In this document: positions 9,585 through 18,834 of the stretch, piece after piece
How the letters are laid out: each line of letters begins with the position of its first letter
Numbering within the stretch: position 1 is the first letter of the stretch
From: a bacterium
GTDB taxonomy: Bacteria; Hydrothermota; 32-111
Direction of reading: 5' to 3'
DNA length: 20,034 nucleotides
NCBI GenBank assembly: GCA_050239825.1
Contig: JBFXGO010000038.1
Span: forward strand, 1 to 20,034
The notes under the pieces: generated by a model
Seen by the model: only the letters and a program-made list of their open reading frames with translations
The model's database searches: none
Told to the model about the DNA's origin: nothing
Made by a program: the position numbers and the translations under genes

Positions 9585-10454
9585 ATGAAATTAAAAGAAA
9601 ATGCATTCAAACTTATCACTCTATCGGCGGCTTCTCTGTCGATTTTATTTTTAATGGGTATAATTCTAAGCATATTTCAAAAAGGAGTCCCTCTATTTAA
9701 AGACATATATTTTTCTGATTTTATATTCGGCAGAATGTGGCATCCCACGGATGAACCGGCGGATCTTGGAATATTTTCTCTAATAGCAGGATCTCTCTCT
9801 GTCACTATGGGAGCGCTTCTTGTCGGAGTTCCTTTGGGAGTGGGCAGCGCAATATACCTTTCCGAAATTGCGTCAACAAATGTGCGTGAAATATTAAAGC
9901 CATTCATTGAAATTTTAGCTGGAATTCCGTCGGTTATATACGGACTCTTCGGAATGGCCGTTCTTGCTCCTTTTATCAGGAAAATATTCAACATTCCCAC
10001 CGGACTCAATCTGCTGAGCGCATCCATAATACTTGGAATAATGATAATACCCATAATCTCCTCACTCTCCGAAGATGCTCTGCGCGCAGTCTCCAAAGAG
10101 CTGCGCGAAGCATCTCTTGCACTCGGAGCCAATAGAATAGAGACAATATTCAAGGTTGTTCTTCCTGCCGCATCATCAGGAGTAATAGCAAGTGTGATTC
10201 TCGGATTCGGCAGAGCGATGGGTGAAACAATGGTTGTTTTGATGGTCTCCGGAGGCGCGGCAATGGTTCCCAAATCAATCTTCTCCCCGGTAAGGCCCAT
10301 GACCTCGGCAATAGCTTCCGAAATGGGAGAGGCGGTAAACGGGTCACAGCATTTTCAGGCTCTCTATTCAATTGCAATTGTGCTGTTTCTTGTTACTCTG
10401 CTGTCAAGTCTTCTGATGCAGAGATTTTCTCAGAGAAGCAGGATGCATGAATAA
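9585..10454 (+). CDS. pstC: Phosphate ABC transporter permease
   Basis: IEILAGIPSVIYG, REASLALGA, GRAMGETM. Confidence 0.96.
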   Translation: MKLKENAFKLITLSAASLSILFLMGIILSIFQKGVPLFKDIYFSDFIFGRMWHPTDEPADLGIFSLIAGSLSVTMGALLVGVPLGVGSAIYLSEIASTNVREILKPFIEILAGIPSVIYGLFGMAVLAPFIRKIFNIPTGLNLLSASIILGIMIIPIISSLSEDALRAVSKELREASLALGANRIETIFKVVLPAASSGVIASVILGFGRAMGETMVVLMVSGGAAMVPKSIFSPVRPMTSAIASEMGEAVNGSQHFQALYSIAIVLFLVTLLSSLLMQRFSQRSRMHE

Positions 10455-11301
10455 AAGAAAAATAATCGAACTCGCAGGAGAGTGGGCTCTTAAAAGCTCC
10501 GTCTTCATATCTCTTCTCTTTCTCGTAATGTTTCTTGTCATGATACTCTCCAAAGGAGCCGGGATTATCTCTTGGAGCTTCTTGACAGAGATGCCTAAGA
10601 AGGGCATGACTGAGGGTGGAATATTTCCCGCCATTGTCGGCACACTCTCTCTGACAATTCTTTCAATGGTCATAGCCCTTCCTCTCGGAGTTCTCTCCGC
10701 CATATTTCTCTCCGAATATGGAAAACCCGAATGGCTGGTAAGCATAATAAAGATATCAATAAACACCCTATCAGGCACTCCATCAATCGTATATGGTTTG
10801 TTCGGTTTGTCTGTCTTTGTTATTACATTCAAAATGGGAGTATCAATTCTTTCCGGAAGTCTCACCCTGGCGGTTTTAATTCTGCCGATAATAATAAATG
10901 CGACCGTTGAATCAATAAAGGGTGTTCCTTTTGATTTCAGAGAGGCGGCATACTCCCTCGGAGCGACAAAGAGACAGGTCATATTGAGAGTGATACTTCC
11001 TGCCGCGGCGCCCGGAATACTTACAGGAAGCATCATTTCAGTGGGAAGAGCCGCAGGAGAGACAGCGCCGATACTCTTTACTGCCGCCACATTCTATACA
11101 AGGAAGCTCCCAAAATCTCTTTTTGATGAGGTCATGGCAATGCCCTACCATATTTACGCTCTTATGACAGAAGGAACTGCGCCTGATACACAGGTTCCGA
11201 TTGCGTATGGAACAGCAGTGGTTCTTCTTCTGCTTGTCCTTATAGTCAATGGAAGCGCAATATTTATAAGATACAGAATGAGAAAAAGGAGGATGTGGTG
11301 A
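10447..11301 (+). CDS. pstA: Phosphate ABC transporter permease
   Basis: [37 protein letters not shown]. Confidence 0.96.
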   Translation: MNKRKIIELAGEWALKSSVFISLLFLVMFLVMILSKGAGIISWSFLTEMPKKGMTEGGIFPAIVGTLSLTILSMVIALPLGVLSAIFLSEYGKPEWLVSIIKISINTLSGTPSIVYGLFGLSVFVITFKMGVSILSGSLTLAVLILPIIINATVESIKGVPFDFREAAYSLGATKRQVILRVILPAAAPGILTGSIISVGRAAGETAPILFTAATFYTRKLPKSLFDEVMAMPYHIYALMTEGTAPDTQVPIAYGTAVVLLLLVLIVNGSAIFIRYRMRKRRMW

Positions 11302-12050
11302 ATGAACTTATAAAAGTGAGGGACCTAAACCTTCATTTCGGACATAAGCATATTCTGAAATCAATAACAATGGATTTGTTCGACAAAAAAGTCACATCCG
11401 TGATAGGACCCTCCGGGTGCGGAAAGTCAACATACCTGAGATGCTTTAACAGGATGAATGATTTGAAAGACGCTAAAATCAAAGGAGAGGTAATTTTAGA
11501 CGGAGAAGATATTTATTCAAGAACGACAGATGTGACAAACCTCAGGATGAAGGTGGGAATGGTATTTCAGAAGCCGAACCCTTTTCCCAAGTCAATCTAT
11601 GAAAATGTAGTCTTCGGACTCAAGATACAAGGAGGAATGTCAAAGAGCGCGATGGAGGAGAGAGTCGAGAAATCGCTTAAAGATGTCTGGCTCTGGGATG
11701 AGGTGAAAGACCGTCTGAAGGATTCTGCTATGTCTCTCTCGGGAGGCCAGCAGCAGAGATTATGCATGGCGAGGGCTTTGGCGACAAACCCGGAGATAAT
11801 ACTCCTTGACGAACCGACTTCGGCTCTTGATCCCCGCTCTACAAACAAGATTGAGGAGCTATGCGTTGAATTGAAAAAAGAAGTTACAATACTTATAGTA
11901 ACGCATAATATTGCGCAGGCGGCGAGGATAAGCGATTATACGGCATTTCTCTATCTCGGAGAGCTTGTGGAGTACGGAGAGACCAAAATAATGTTCACAG
12001 TGCCGAAAAACAAGAAGACCGAAGAATATATATCGGGAAAATTCGGATGA
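11295..12050 (+). CDS. pstB: Phosphate ABC transporter ATPase
   Basis: [47 protein letters not shown]. Confidence 0.97.
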   Translation: MVNELIKVRDLNLHFGHKHILKSITMDLFDKKVTSVIGPSGCGKSTYLRCFNRMNDLKDAKIKGEVILDGEDIYSRTTDVTNLRMKVGMVFQKPNPFPKSIYENVVFGLKIQGGMSKSAMEERVEKSLKDVWLWDEVKDRLKDSAMSLSGGQQQRLCMARALATNPEIILLDEPTSALDPRSTNKIEELCVELKKEVTILIVTHNIAQAARISDYTAFLYLGELVEYGETKIMFTVPKNKKTEEYISGKFG

Positions 12051-12058
12051 TGGTTCTA

Positions 12059-12086
12059 TTGAAAAAAAAAATATAAAGCGTAAAAT
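12059..12086 (+). promoter_or_regulatory. Internal promoter for phoB-phoR-phoU, probably leaderless
   Basis: TTGAAA(12059)-16-TAAAAT(12081), 7 nt before ATG 12094; no Shine-Dalgarno sequence. Confidence 0.55.
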
Positions 12087-12093
12087 AAATTAT

Positions 12094-12801
12094 ATGACCT
12101 TAAAAAAGCAAATAATAAAAGACATTAAAACAGTAGCGGCTGTGGATGACGAAGAGGATATCCGAGAACTGCTCTCAATAGGGCTTAATAAGGCAGGATA
12201 CAGAGTCAAAACATTTGAAGACGGAAGAAGTTTTGACAGATTTATTGAGAGAGAGACACCGGAAGTTGTAATTCTTGACATGATGCTTCCCGATACTGAC
12301 GGGTTTGAGATCCTCAAATCTCTCAAATCAAATAAAAAGACGAAACATATTCCGGTGATAATGCTTACCGCAAAGAGCGATGAAACAGACAAGGTGGTGG
12401 GTCTTGAACTTGGCGCGGATGATTATGTGACCAAGCCGTTTTCAATGAAGGAGCTTTCAGCAAGAATAAAAGCTGTGTTAAGGCGCAATGAAGTTTTTGA
12501 AGAAATAAAGCTTGTAACAATAGGAAAATCAATAGTGATTGATGTTTTAAAGCATGAGGTGACTGCGGACGGAAAACCTGTCGACCTTACTTCAACCGAA
12601 TTCAACATACTGATGATTCTTTCAGAGCATAAGGGATGGGTCTTGAGCAGAGATAAGATTTTGAGGCGGCTCTGGGGGAGTGAGAAAATGGTAATAGAGA
12701 GAACTGTTGATGTGCATGTTAAAAGAATCAGGGAAAAGCTTGGAAAAAGCGGTGATGTTATAAAAAACATAAGAGGCGTGGGGTATAAAATAGAAGAATG
12801 A
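12094..12801 (+). CDS. phoB: OmpR/PhoB-family response regulator
   Basis: Receiver motifs VDDE, LDMMLP, GADDYVTKPF; winged helix RTVDVHV...RGVGY; pst context. Confidence 0.88.
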   Translation: MTLKKQIIKDIKTVAAVDDEEDIRELLSIGLNKAGYRVKTFEDGRSFDRFIERETPEVVILDMMLPDTDGFEILKSLKSNKKTKHIPVIMLTAKSDETDKVVGLELGADDYVTKPFSMKELSARIKAVLRRNEVFEEIKLVTIGKSIVIDVLKHEVTADGKPVDLTSTEFNILMILSEHKGWVLSRDKILRRLWGSEKMVIERTVDVHVKRIREKLGKSGDVIKNIRGVGYKIEE

Positions 12802-14534
12802 AAAACAGATTTTTTCTCCGCATATTCATCTCCCTATTTCTTGTGGCGGCCATGTCCATGATAGTCCTTCTACTTGTCTCCGTGGACGGAGTGACTAAAT
12901 ATTATCTTTCTACTGTTGAAAGCGGCATGGAAAAAAGTTTGACAATACTCTCATCGTACTCAACGGATATTCTGTCGAGGAAAGATACCACAGAGCTTGA
13001 ATCATTGTTCGTGAGTGTGTCAAAATCAACGGGATACAGACTGACTCTCATTGATACAGCCGGAAATGTTATTCTTGATTCTGATGAAAATCCCAAATCA
13101 ATGACGAATCACAAGGACAGAAAGGAGATAGAGATTGCTCTGCGGGGAGAAGTCGGAAAGAGCAATAGATTTTCAATAACAAGACAGCAGGATATGCTGT
13201 ACATTGCTGTTCCATTAAAGATGAATCAAGAAATATCGGCAATTTTAAGAATAGCAACATACATGGAACATGCGGATGAAGCTGTTGAGGACTTTTACGG
13301 AAGATTTACTTTTTTGGTTTTATTTGTGCTTATCGGCATGCTTATTGTGTCATACCTTCTGACAAAGAATGTTTATGGACCGATAGACAGACTCGTGACA
13401 GCTTCAAAAAGAATATCGAACGGGGATTTTGACGCAAGGATTGTAATCTTTCGGAAGGATGAATTGAAGGTGCTTGCAGAATCATTTAATACGATGGCTG
13501 AGAAGGTGAAAAAGCTTTTTCACCAGACAGAGGAGAGCAGGGACGAACTGAATAAGATAATAAAAACAATGCATGAAGGTGTGCTTGTTATAGACGGATT
13601 CGGAAGGGTTGTACTCTCAAATGAATCGGCGGAGAGAATGTTCTCCTTCAAAGACATGGAGGGAAAAAATTTCCGCGAGATTGTGAGAAATCCCGATTTC
13701 AACGAACTTGTCAGCAGATGCATTCTTGAAAAAAAAGAAATATCCGGAGAATTCAGGAATCAAAATCTGGATATAGTCGTCAATCTCGGGTATATTGAAG
13801 GGACTAATGAAACCGTTGTCACATTTTTTGACATAACCGCTATAAAGGATACAGACAGAATCAGGCGTGATTTCATAATGAACGCGTCCCATGAGCTGAG
13901 AACCCCGCTTACGGCGATAAAGGGATTTATTGAAGCTATGAGCGATAATGTCGAGGGGGAAAACAGAAAGTATCTTGAAATAATTGAGAGGCATACGGAG
14001 AGACTTGTAAACATAGTAGAAGACCTTCTCTCCCTCTCCTCTCTTGAACATGCAGAGAGACTCAATATGGAGCTTACAGACCCTGTGCGCTTGACAGAGG
14101 AAGTCATTGGGATAATGAAACCCAAAGCAGAAAAAAAGAAGCTTATTCTGTCATTTGAGCATGATTCTCCGCCCAAGATGCATCTTGATATTTTTAAAAT
14201 TGAACAGGTTCTCATTAATTTGATTGATAATGCGATAAAATATACTGACAATGGCTTTGTAAAAGTGAGCCTCAGGCATGACGGGGAATCTCTTTTTATT
14301 GATGTAGAAGACAGCGGAATTGGAATAAGCAACGAACACAGGCAGAGAATATTTGAAAGATTCTATGTTGCAGATAAATCGCGCTCTAAGAAAAGCGGCG
14401 GGACCGGTCTGGGTCTTGCAATAGTAAAGCATATAGTTCTTTTACATGATGGAGCTGTTGATTTCAAGAGCGGAAGCAATGGCACCCTCTTTTCGGTGAA
14501 ACTGCCTTTAAATAAAGAAAGGAGCGGCAGATGA
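12798..14534 (+). CDS. phoR: Phosphate-regulon sensor histidine kinase (TM-periplasmic-HAMP-PAS-HisKA-HATPase)
   Basis: SHELRTPLT, NLIDNAIKY, DSGIGI, IFERFY, GGTGLGLAIVKH; periplasmic NHKDRKE motif. Confidence 0.9.
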   Translation: MKNRFFLRIFISLFLVAAMSMIVLLLVSVDGVTKYYLSTVESGMEKSLTILSSYSTDILSRKDTTELESLFVSVSKSTGYRLTLIDTAGNVILDSDENPKSMTNHKDRKEIEIALRGEVGKSNRFSITRQQDMLYIAVPLKMNQEISAILRIATYMEHADEAVEDFYGRFTFLVLFVLIGMLIVSYLLTKNVYGPIDRLVTASKRISNGDFDARIVIFRKDELKVLAESFNTMAEKVKKLFHQTEESRDELNKIIKTMHEGVLVIDGFGRVVLSNESAERMFSFKDMEGKNFREIVRNPDFNELVSRCILEKKEISGEFRNQNLDIVVNLGYIEGTNETVVTFFDITAIKDTDRIRRDFIMNASHELRTPLTAIKGFIEAMSDNVEGENRKYLEIIERHTERLVNIVEDLLSLSSLEHAERLNMELTDPVRLTEEVIGIMKPKAEKKKLILSFEHDSPPKMHLDIFKIEQVLINLIDNAIKYTDNGFVKVSLRHDGESLFIDVEDSGIGISNEHRQRIFERFYVADKSRSKKSGGTGLGLAIVKHIVLLHDGAVDFKSGSNGTLFSVKLPLNKERSGR

Positions 14535-15184
14535 TTTCAGAGAAGATGAATCAGTTGAATAATGAGATAATTGATTTTGCATCTCTTGCGGAAGCGATGA
14601 TAGACAAGTCGGTCAGAGGTCTTGTTGAAAAAAACAAGACTATCCTTGAGGATGTTATAAATAACGATGAGGAGAGAGCCAATGCATATGAAATGAAGAC
14701 GGATGAACTTCTATTTCAGTTCATTGCGCAGTTTGAGCCAAAAGCAAAAGAGCTTAGGAGAGTCCTGATGATGCTTCAGATGTCGAATGACCTTGAAAGA
14801 ATAGGTGACCATGCCGTCAACATCTGCGAGAGCTCTCTTGTTTTAATCGAACTGCCTAAGATAAAAGAGTTCGAACATCTCTTGAAAATGGCAGAGGCAG
14901 TAAAAGAGATGCTGAAAGGCTCAATAGATTCATTTATAAAATCGGACGCCGAGCTGGCGGCAAATATCTGCGAGAAGGATACCGTTGTGGATGAGCTTAG
15001 AAAAACGATTGTCTCCGAACTGACTGCTATTATGTCTGCCGACCCGAAGACAATAGAGAGAGCTATGCAGATAAACAGAATTGCGGCAAACCTTGAAAGA
15101 ATCGCAGACCTCTCGACAAACATAAGCGAGGATGTTATTTTTATTGAGAAGGGAAAGGTAATAAAGCACCATAAGTCATTGTAG
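14531..15184 (+). CDS. phoU: Phosphate signalling complex protein
   Basis: Duplicated motifs DLERIGDHAVNI and LERIADLSTNI. Confidence 0.95.
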   Translation: MISEKMNQLNNEIIDFASLAEAMIDKSVRGLVEKNKTILEDVINNDEERANAYEMKTDELLFQFIAQFEPKAKELRRVLMMLQMSNDLERIGDHAVNICESSLVLIELPKIKEFEHLLKMAEAVKEMLKGSIDSFIKSDAELAANICEKDTVVDELRKTIVSELTAIMSADPKTIERAMQINRIAANLERIADLSTNISEDVIFIEKGKVIKHHKSL

Positions 15185-15252
15185 ATATAGGATATCACCT
15201 TTTGTTTTGGCATTTGAATGCAATATAGTTTTTATTACCCTGCTTCTTTCTA

Positions 15253-15289
15253 TTGACATACGCTCTATATTGAGTAAAATAACTCAATA
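15253..15289 (+). promoter_or_regulatory. Promoter with an overlapping palindromic operator
   Basis: TTGACA(15253)-16-TAAAAT(15275); inverted repeat TATTGAGT-N6-ACTCAATA (15268-15289). Confidence 0.7.
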
Positions 15290-15302
15290 ACAGGAGTAAA
15301 AT

Positions 15303-16481
15303 ATGAAGATTAAAAGAAAAGCATTCTCAATTCTATTGAATAGAGTTAAAGAAAAAGGGAATTTCATTCAATTCATTACAGGTCCTCGACAGGTAGGAAA
15401 AACTACAATGGTTCTGCAGTTAAAGGAGAATATCGGAAACGATTGTAAATACTTCGTATCAGAAGATTCAATCACAAAGGGACCTTCATGGCTTGATTCA
15501 ACCCTTAGCAATGAGGAAATATCAGCTGATAAAAACGGCAACAGAAAGCGTGTTGTGATTATAGACGAAATACAGAAGATACGCGATTGGCAAGATATAG
15601 TTAAAAAGCATTACGACAAAATCAAAAGAGATAAATGCAGTCTGCAAATGATACTGTTAGGATCATCTCCGGTTCTTCTCTCTGATGGAAAAGAATCTCT
15701 TGCGGGTAGATTTGAAAGCATATATATGTCACATTGGAATTATTCAGAAATGCGCGAAGCATTTGGCTGGGATTTGGAGGATTATATCTGCTATGGGAGT
15801 TTTCCCGGAAGCGCGACATTCACAAATGACTATCGAAGGTGGAGAAGTTATATAAAAGAATCCATAATAGAAGCAACACTAACAAAAGACATACTCTCTT
15901 ATGAGAGAATCAATAAACCGGCACTATTAAGGCAATTATTTGAAATAACTCAGGTATATTCAGGACAGATATTTTCATTTACAAAAATGCTTGGACAACT
16001 GCATGATGCGGGGAATACAACCACTCTTTCTCATTATGCGGAGCTTTTGAAAACAAGCGGATTAATGTGCATTCTCAGCAAGTTTTCATGCAGAGAATTA
16101 GTGAAACGAATGTCGATTCCCAAATTACAGGTTTTAAACAATGCTTTTCTTGATTTTGGAGAAGGCGATTTGAAGAAAATTCTTCAAACAAACAGCGAAC
16201 TGAAGGGCAGAATCATAGAGTCGGCGGTGGGTGGTTATCTCGCCAACAGAATGTTGAGTGGGGAAATAGAACTTTACTATTGGAGGGATGGAAATGATGA
16301 AGTTGATTTTGTAGTGAAGAAAGAGGGCAGGATGTTTTTAATTGAGGTAAAGAGCGGCGGAACAAGGATGTATCAGAAAGGATTAGATGCTGCTTTGAAG
16401 AAATACCCCAAAGCTTCGGCGATAATTATCGGAAACAGCCACAAAGAGCTTGAAAAGTTTTTTCTTGGAGAAATTGTTTAA
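15303..16481 (+). CDS. AAA_14/DUF4143-family ATP-binding protein with a C-terminal PD-(D/E)xK-like motif
   Basis: Walker A GPRQVGKTT, Walker B IIDEIQ, LLGSS, ESLAGR, YYWR...EVDFV...IEVKSG. Confidence 0.9.
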   Translation: MKIKRKAFSILLNRVKEKGNFIQFITGPRQVGKTTMVLQLKENIGNDCKYFVSEDSITKGPSWLDSTLSNEEISADKNGNRKRVVIIDEIQKIRDWQDIVKKHYDKIKRDKCSLQMILLGSSPVLLSDGKESLAGRFESIYMSHWNYSEMREAFGWDLEDYICYGSFPGSATFTNDYRRWRSYIKESIIEATLTKDILSYERINKPALLRQLFEITQVYSGQIFSFTKMLGQLHDAGNTTTLSHYAELLKTSGLMCILSKFSCRELVKRMSIPKLQVLNNAFLDFGEGDLKKILQTNSELKGRIIESAVGGYLANRMLSGEIELYYWRDGNDEVDFVVKKEGRMFLIEVKSGGTRMYQKGLDAALKKYPKASAIIIGNSHKELEKFFLGEIV

Positions 16482-16514
16482 AATCTGTTCTGTGGGCATG
16501 CAAATGAGTTATTC

Positions 16515-16543
16515 TTGACAACATAGCAAAACGATTATAAAAT
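16515..16543 (+). promoter_or_regulatory. Sigma70-type promoter of the ORF6N gene
   Basis: TTGACA(16515)-17-TAAAAT(16538). Confidence 0.6.
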
Positions 16544-16570
16544 CAGAGAAACAATTTGGAGGTAATGAGA

Positions 16571-17131
16571 ATGAAGAAAGAAAAGAACAATGATAATGAA
16601 AAATCATTAAAAGAACTCACCTGTAAAAGCATAATTCCTGTTGAGAGAATAGAGAAAAGAATATTTCTTATGAGAAACAAGAGAGTAATGATAGATAAAG
16701 ATTTGGCGGATTTATATAATGTTCCCACTAAAGTATTGAATCAGGCAGTTAAAAGGAATATTAAGAGATTTCCATCGGATTTCATGTTCATTCTGAGTGA
16801 ATCTGAAAAATTCGAACTGGTCACAAATTGTGACCACCTTGCGAGATTGAAGTATTCTTCTAAATTACCATACGCTTTCACTGAGCAAGGAGTGGCTATG
16901 TTGTCAAGTGTGTTAAACAGTGAAAAAGCAATAATGATAAATATCCAGATAATGAGAACATTTATCAAGCTGAACTCAGTAAATATTTCAATTGAAGATT
17001 TAGAATTGAGATTGAATGAAATGGAAAAAAAGTATGATAAACAATTTAAAATAGTGTTTCAAGCATTTAGGAAAATACTTGAAACAGATAAAAAGGCAGA
17101 GAAAAAGCAAATAGGATTTAAGAGAACTTGA
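16571..17131 (+). CDS. ORF6N-domain DNA-binding protein
   Basis: VMIDKDLADLY, LNQAVKRN, RFPSDFMF, PYAFTEQGVAMLSSVL, C-terminal IGF. Start chosen from GGAGG at 16558-16562. Confidence 0.92.
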   Translation: MKKEKNNDNEKSLKELTCKSIIPVERIEKRIFLMRNKRVMIDKDLADLYNVPTKVLNQAVKRNIKRFPSDFMFILSESEKFELVTNCDHLARLKYSSKLPYAFTEQGVAMLSSVLNSEKAIMINIQIMRTFIKLNSVNISIEDLELRLNEMEKKYDKQFKIVFQAFRKILETDKKAEKKQIGFKRT

Positions 17132-17257
17132 AGGAGCAATTATGAAAAATATATTCAATCATAACAAGCATACCAGCCCACAAGCAAACAAGCGTACGAA
17201 TTTTGTCATTCTGAAGTCCGCAGTAGTTATCTCTATCCTGAAGATTCTATCAAAGCA
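17131..17257 (+). repeat. Direct repeat copy 1 (127 bp): RBS and leader of the LVIVD gene
   Basis: Ungapped match to 18835-18961 with 6 mismatches by hand alignment. Confidence 0.95.
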
Positions 17258-17275
17258 AATCGATATATCAAAATC

Positions 17276-17303
17276 GTTATTGCGAGCGAAGCGCGGCAAT
17301 CTC
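17276..17303. repeat. REP-like palindromic element
   Basis: GTTATTGCGAGCGAAGCGCGGCAATCTC: ATTGC/GCAAT stem around a GC-GAA-GC hairpin. Confidence 0.7.
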
Positions 17304-17333
17304 TATGCTTCTATTCGTTCTTTGTATTTAGCC

Positions 17334-17558
17334 CACGGCACAAGGCACAAGGCACACGGCGTCTCCGTTCCCCAACTATCAACTTTCAACCATAAACTCT
17401 CAACTTCCTTCGCACAATGCCCACGGCACAAGGCTCATGGCTTTCTTCAACTATCAACTATTAACCATCAACTCTCAACTTCCTTCGCACAATGCCCACG
17501 GCACACGGCTCATTGCTTTCTTCAACTATCAACTATTAACCATCAACTATTAACTATT
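17334..17558 (+). repeat. Heptamer arrays organised as a 75-bp higher-order tandem repeat
   Basis: CA(C/A)GGC(A/T) blocks alternate with AACTATC-type blocks; units start at 17373, 17448 and 17523. Confidence 0.93.
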
Positions 17559-17622
17559 TTACCAGCTCATCAGCGTACTATTTATTTGCAACTGACTTGT
17601 CTGCCCTGCAGAATGAAATCTA

Positions 17623-17650
17623 TTGAATGTTGCAGACATTGAGATATAAT
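17623..17650 (+). promoter_or_regulatory. Sigma70-type promoter of rhuM
   Basis: TTGAAT(17623)-16-TATAAT(17645). Confidence 0.6.
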
Positions 17651-17679
17651 AAAAAAGGAATATCTGAAAGGAGAAAAGA

Positions 17680-18771
17680 TTGAAAGAGAGAAGAAAAATT
17701 ACAAATTTACAAGCACCGTCCCTGAAAACAAAGAAAAATGAAAAATCAAGCGACAGCATCATTATATACGACAATGGCGGCGGACAGCCAAAAATTGAGG
17801 TGCATTTTGAAAGTGAAACCCTCTGGCTGACTCAAAAGAAAATGGCAGAGCTTTTTGAATGCAGTGTGGACAATATTTCGCTTCACCTCAGAAATATCTT
17901 TTTTGAAGCCGAATTAGACGAAAAATCAGTTATCGAGAAATCCTCGGCAACTGCAGTGGATGGGAAAAAATATAAGACCAAATTTTATAATCTCGATGCC
18001 ATTATTGCGGTTGGTTATCGGGTTAATTCTAAGAAAGCCACTCAATTTCGTATATGGGCAACGCGGATATTACGGGAATTCATCATCAAAGGTTTTGCAA
18101 TGGATGACGAGCGCCTTAAAAATCTTGGAGGAGGGAATTACTGGAAGGAACTGCTCGACCGCGTCCGCGATATCCGTAGCAGTGAAAAGGTATTGTACCG
18201 GCAGGTGCTTGATCTATATGCAACCAGTGCTGATTATGATCCGAAAGCTAAAGAATCCATTGAATTTTTTAAAATAGTTCAAAACAAATTGCACTATGCC
18301 GCGCACGGACATACTGCTTCCGAGGTGATAGCTGAGCGCGCCGATTCGGGACAACCATTTATGGGACTGCTCACTTTTTCAGGTGGAGAAGTTACCAGAA
18401 AAGATATTTGCATCGCCAAGAATTATCTCACCGAAAAAGAGCTAAAAAAGCTCAATAACATTGTTTCCGCATACTTTGACCTTGCAGAAGTAAAAGCAAT
18501 GAATCATGAACCCATGCGCATGAAGGACTGGATTTCTCACTTGGACCGACTGATACAAGCTTTTGATGGAAAGCTGTTATTTAATGCAGGTTCAATAAGC
18601 CATGAGCAGGCGATGCAAAAAGCCAAAGACGAATACAAAAAATACCAGTCTGCGGACATGAACGCAGTGGAGAAAGCTTATTTGGAAACTTTAAAAATCA
18701 TGGAGAAAACATTGAAAAAAAAGCAAAACATAAAAGCAACGCAACCTAAGTCAGGAAAACATAGTGACTAA
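17680..18771 (+). CDS. rhuM: Virulence RhuM-family protein
   Basis: ETLWLTQKKMAELF, YNLDAIIAVGYRVNS, ATQFRIWAT, RDIRSSEK, VQNKLH, AKNYL; AAGGAG RBS with TTG start. Confidence 0.92.
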   Translation: MKERRKITNLQAPSLKTKKNEKSSDSIIIYDNGGGQPKIEVHFESETLWLTQKKMAELFECSVDNISLHLRNIFFEAELDEKSVIEKSSATAVDGKKYKTKFYNLDAIIAVGYRVNSKKATQFRIWATRILREFIIKGFAMDDERLKNLGGGNYWKELLDRVRDIRSSEKVLYRQVLDLYATSADYDPKAKESIEFFKIVQNKLHYAAHGHTASEVIAERADSGQPFMGLLTFSGGEVTRKDICIAKNYLTEKELKKLNNIVSAYFDLAEVKAMNHEPMRMKDWISHLDRLIQAFDGKLLFNAGSISHEQAMQKAKDEYKKYQSADMNAVEKAYLETLKIMEKTLKKKQNIKATQPKSGKHSD

Positions 18772-18834
18772 ATACTATTCCCGAAATTGAACCATGAAAC
18801 AGGTAAAGGTGCAAATTGGATTTAGAAAATCTTA

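Larger units (their letters stand above)
17142..17642 (+). pseudogene. Orphan, repeat-expanded copy of the LVIVD gene's N-terminal leader (166-aa ORF, translation uncertain)
   Basis: Same RBS and near-identical first 38 codons as the 18846 gene; rejoins in frame at PAHQRTI, then lacks the hydrophobic core and mature domain. Confidence 0.6.

Noticed and set aside
8382..15213. Long antisense ORFs over the pst/pho genes (e.g. 8835..9404, 9677..10300, 10404..11090, 13760..14332)
   Set aside because: They mirror well-supported + strand genes and show no motifs.
17334..17558. CRISPR array
   Set aside because: Units are near-identical end to end with no unique spacers, and no cas genes are present.
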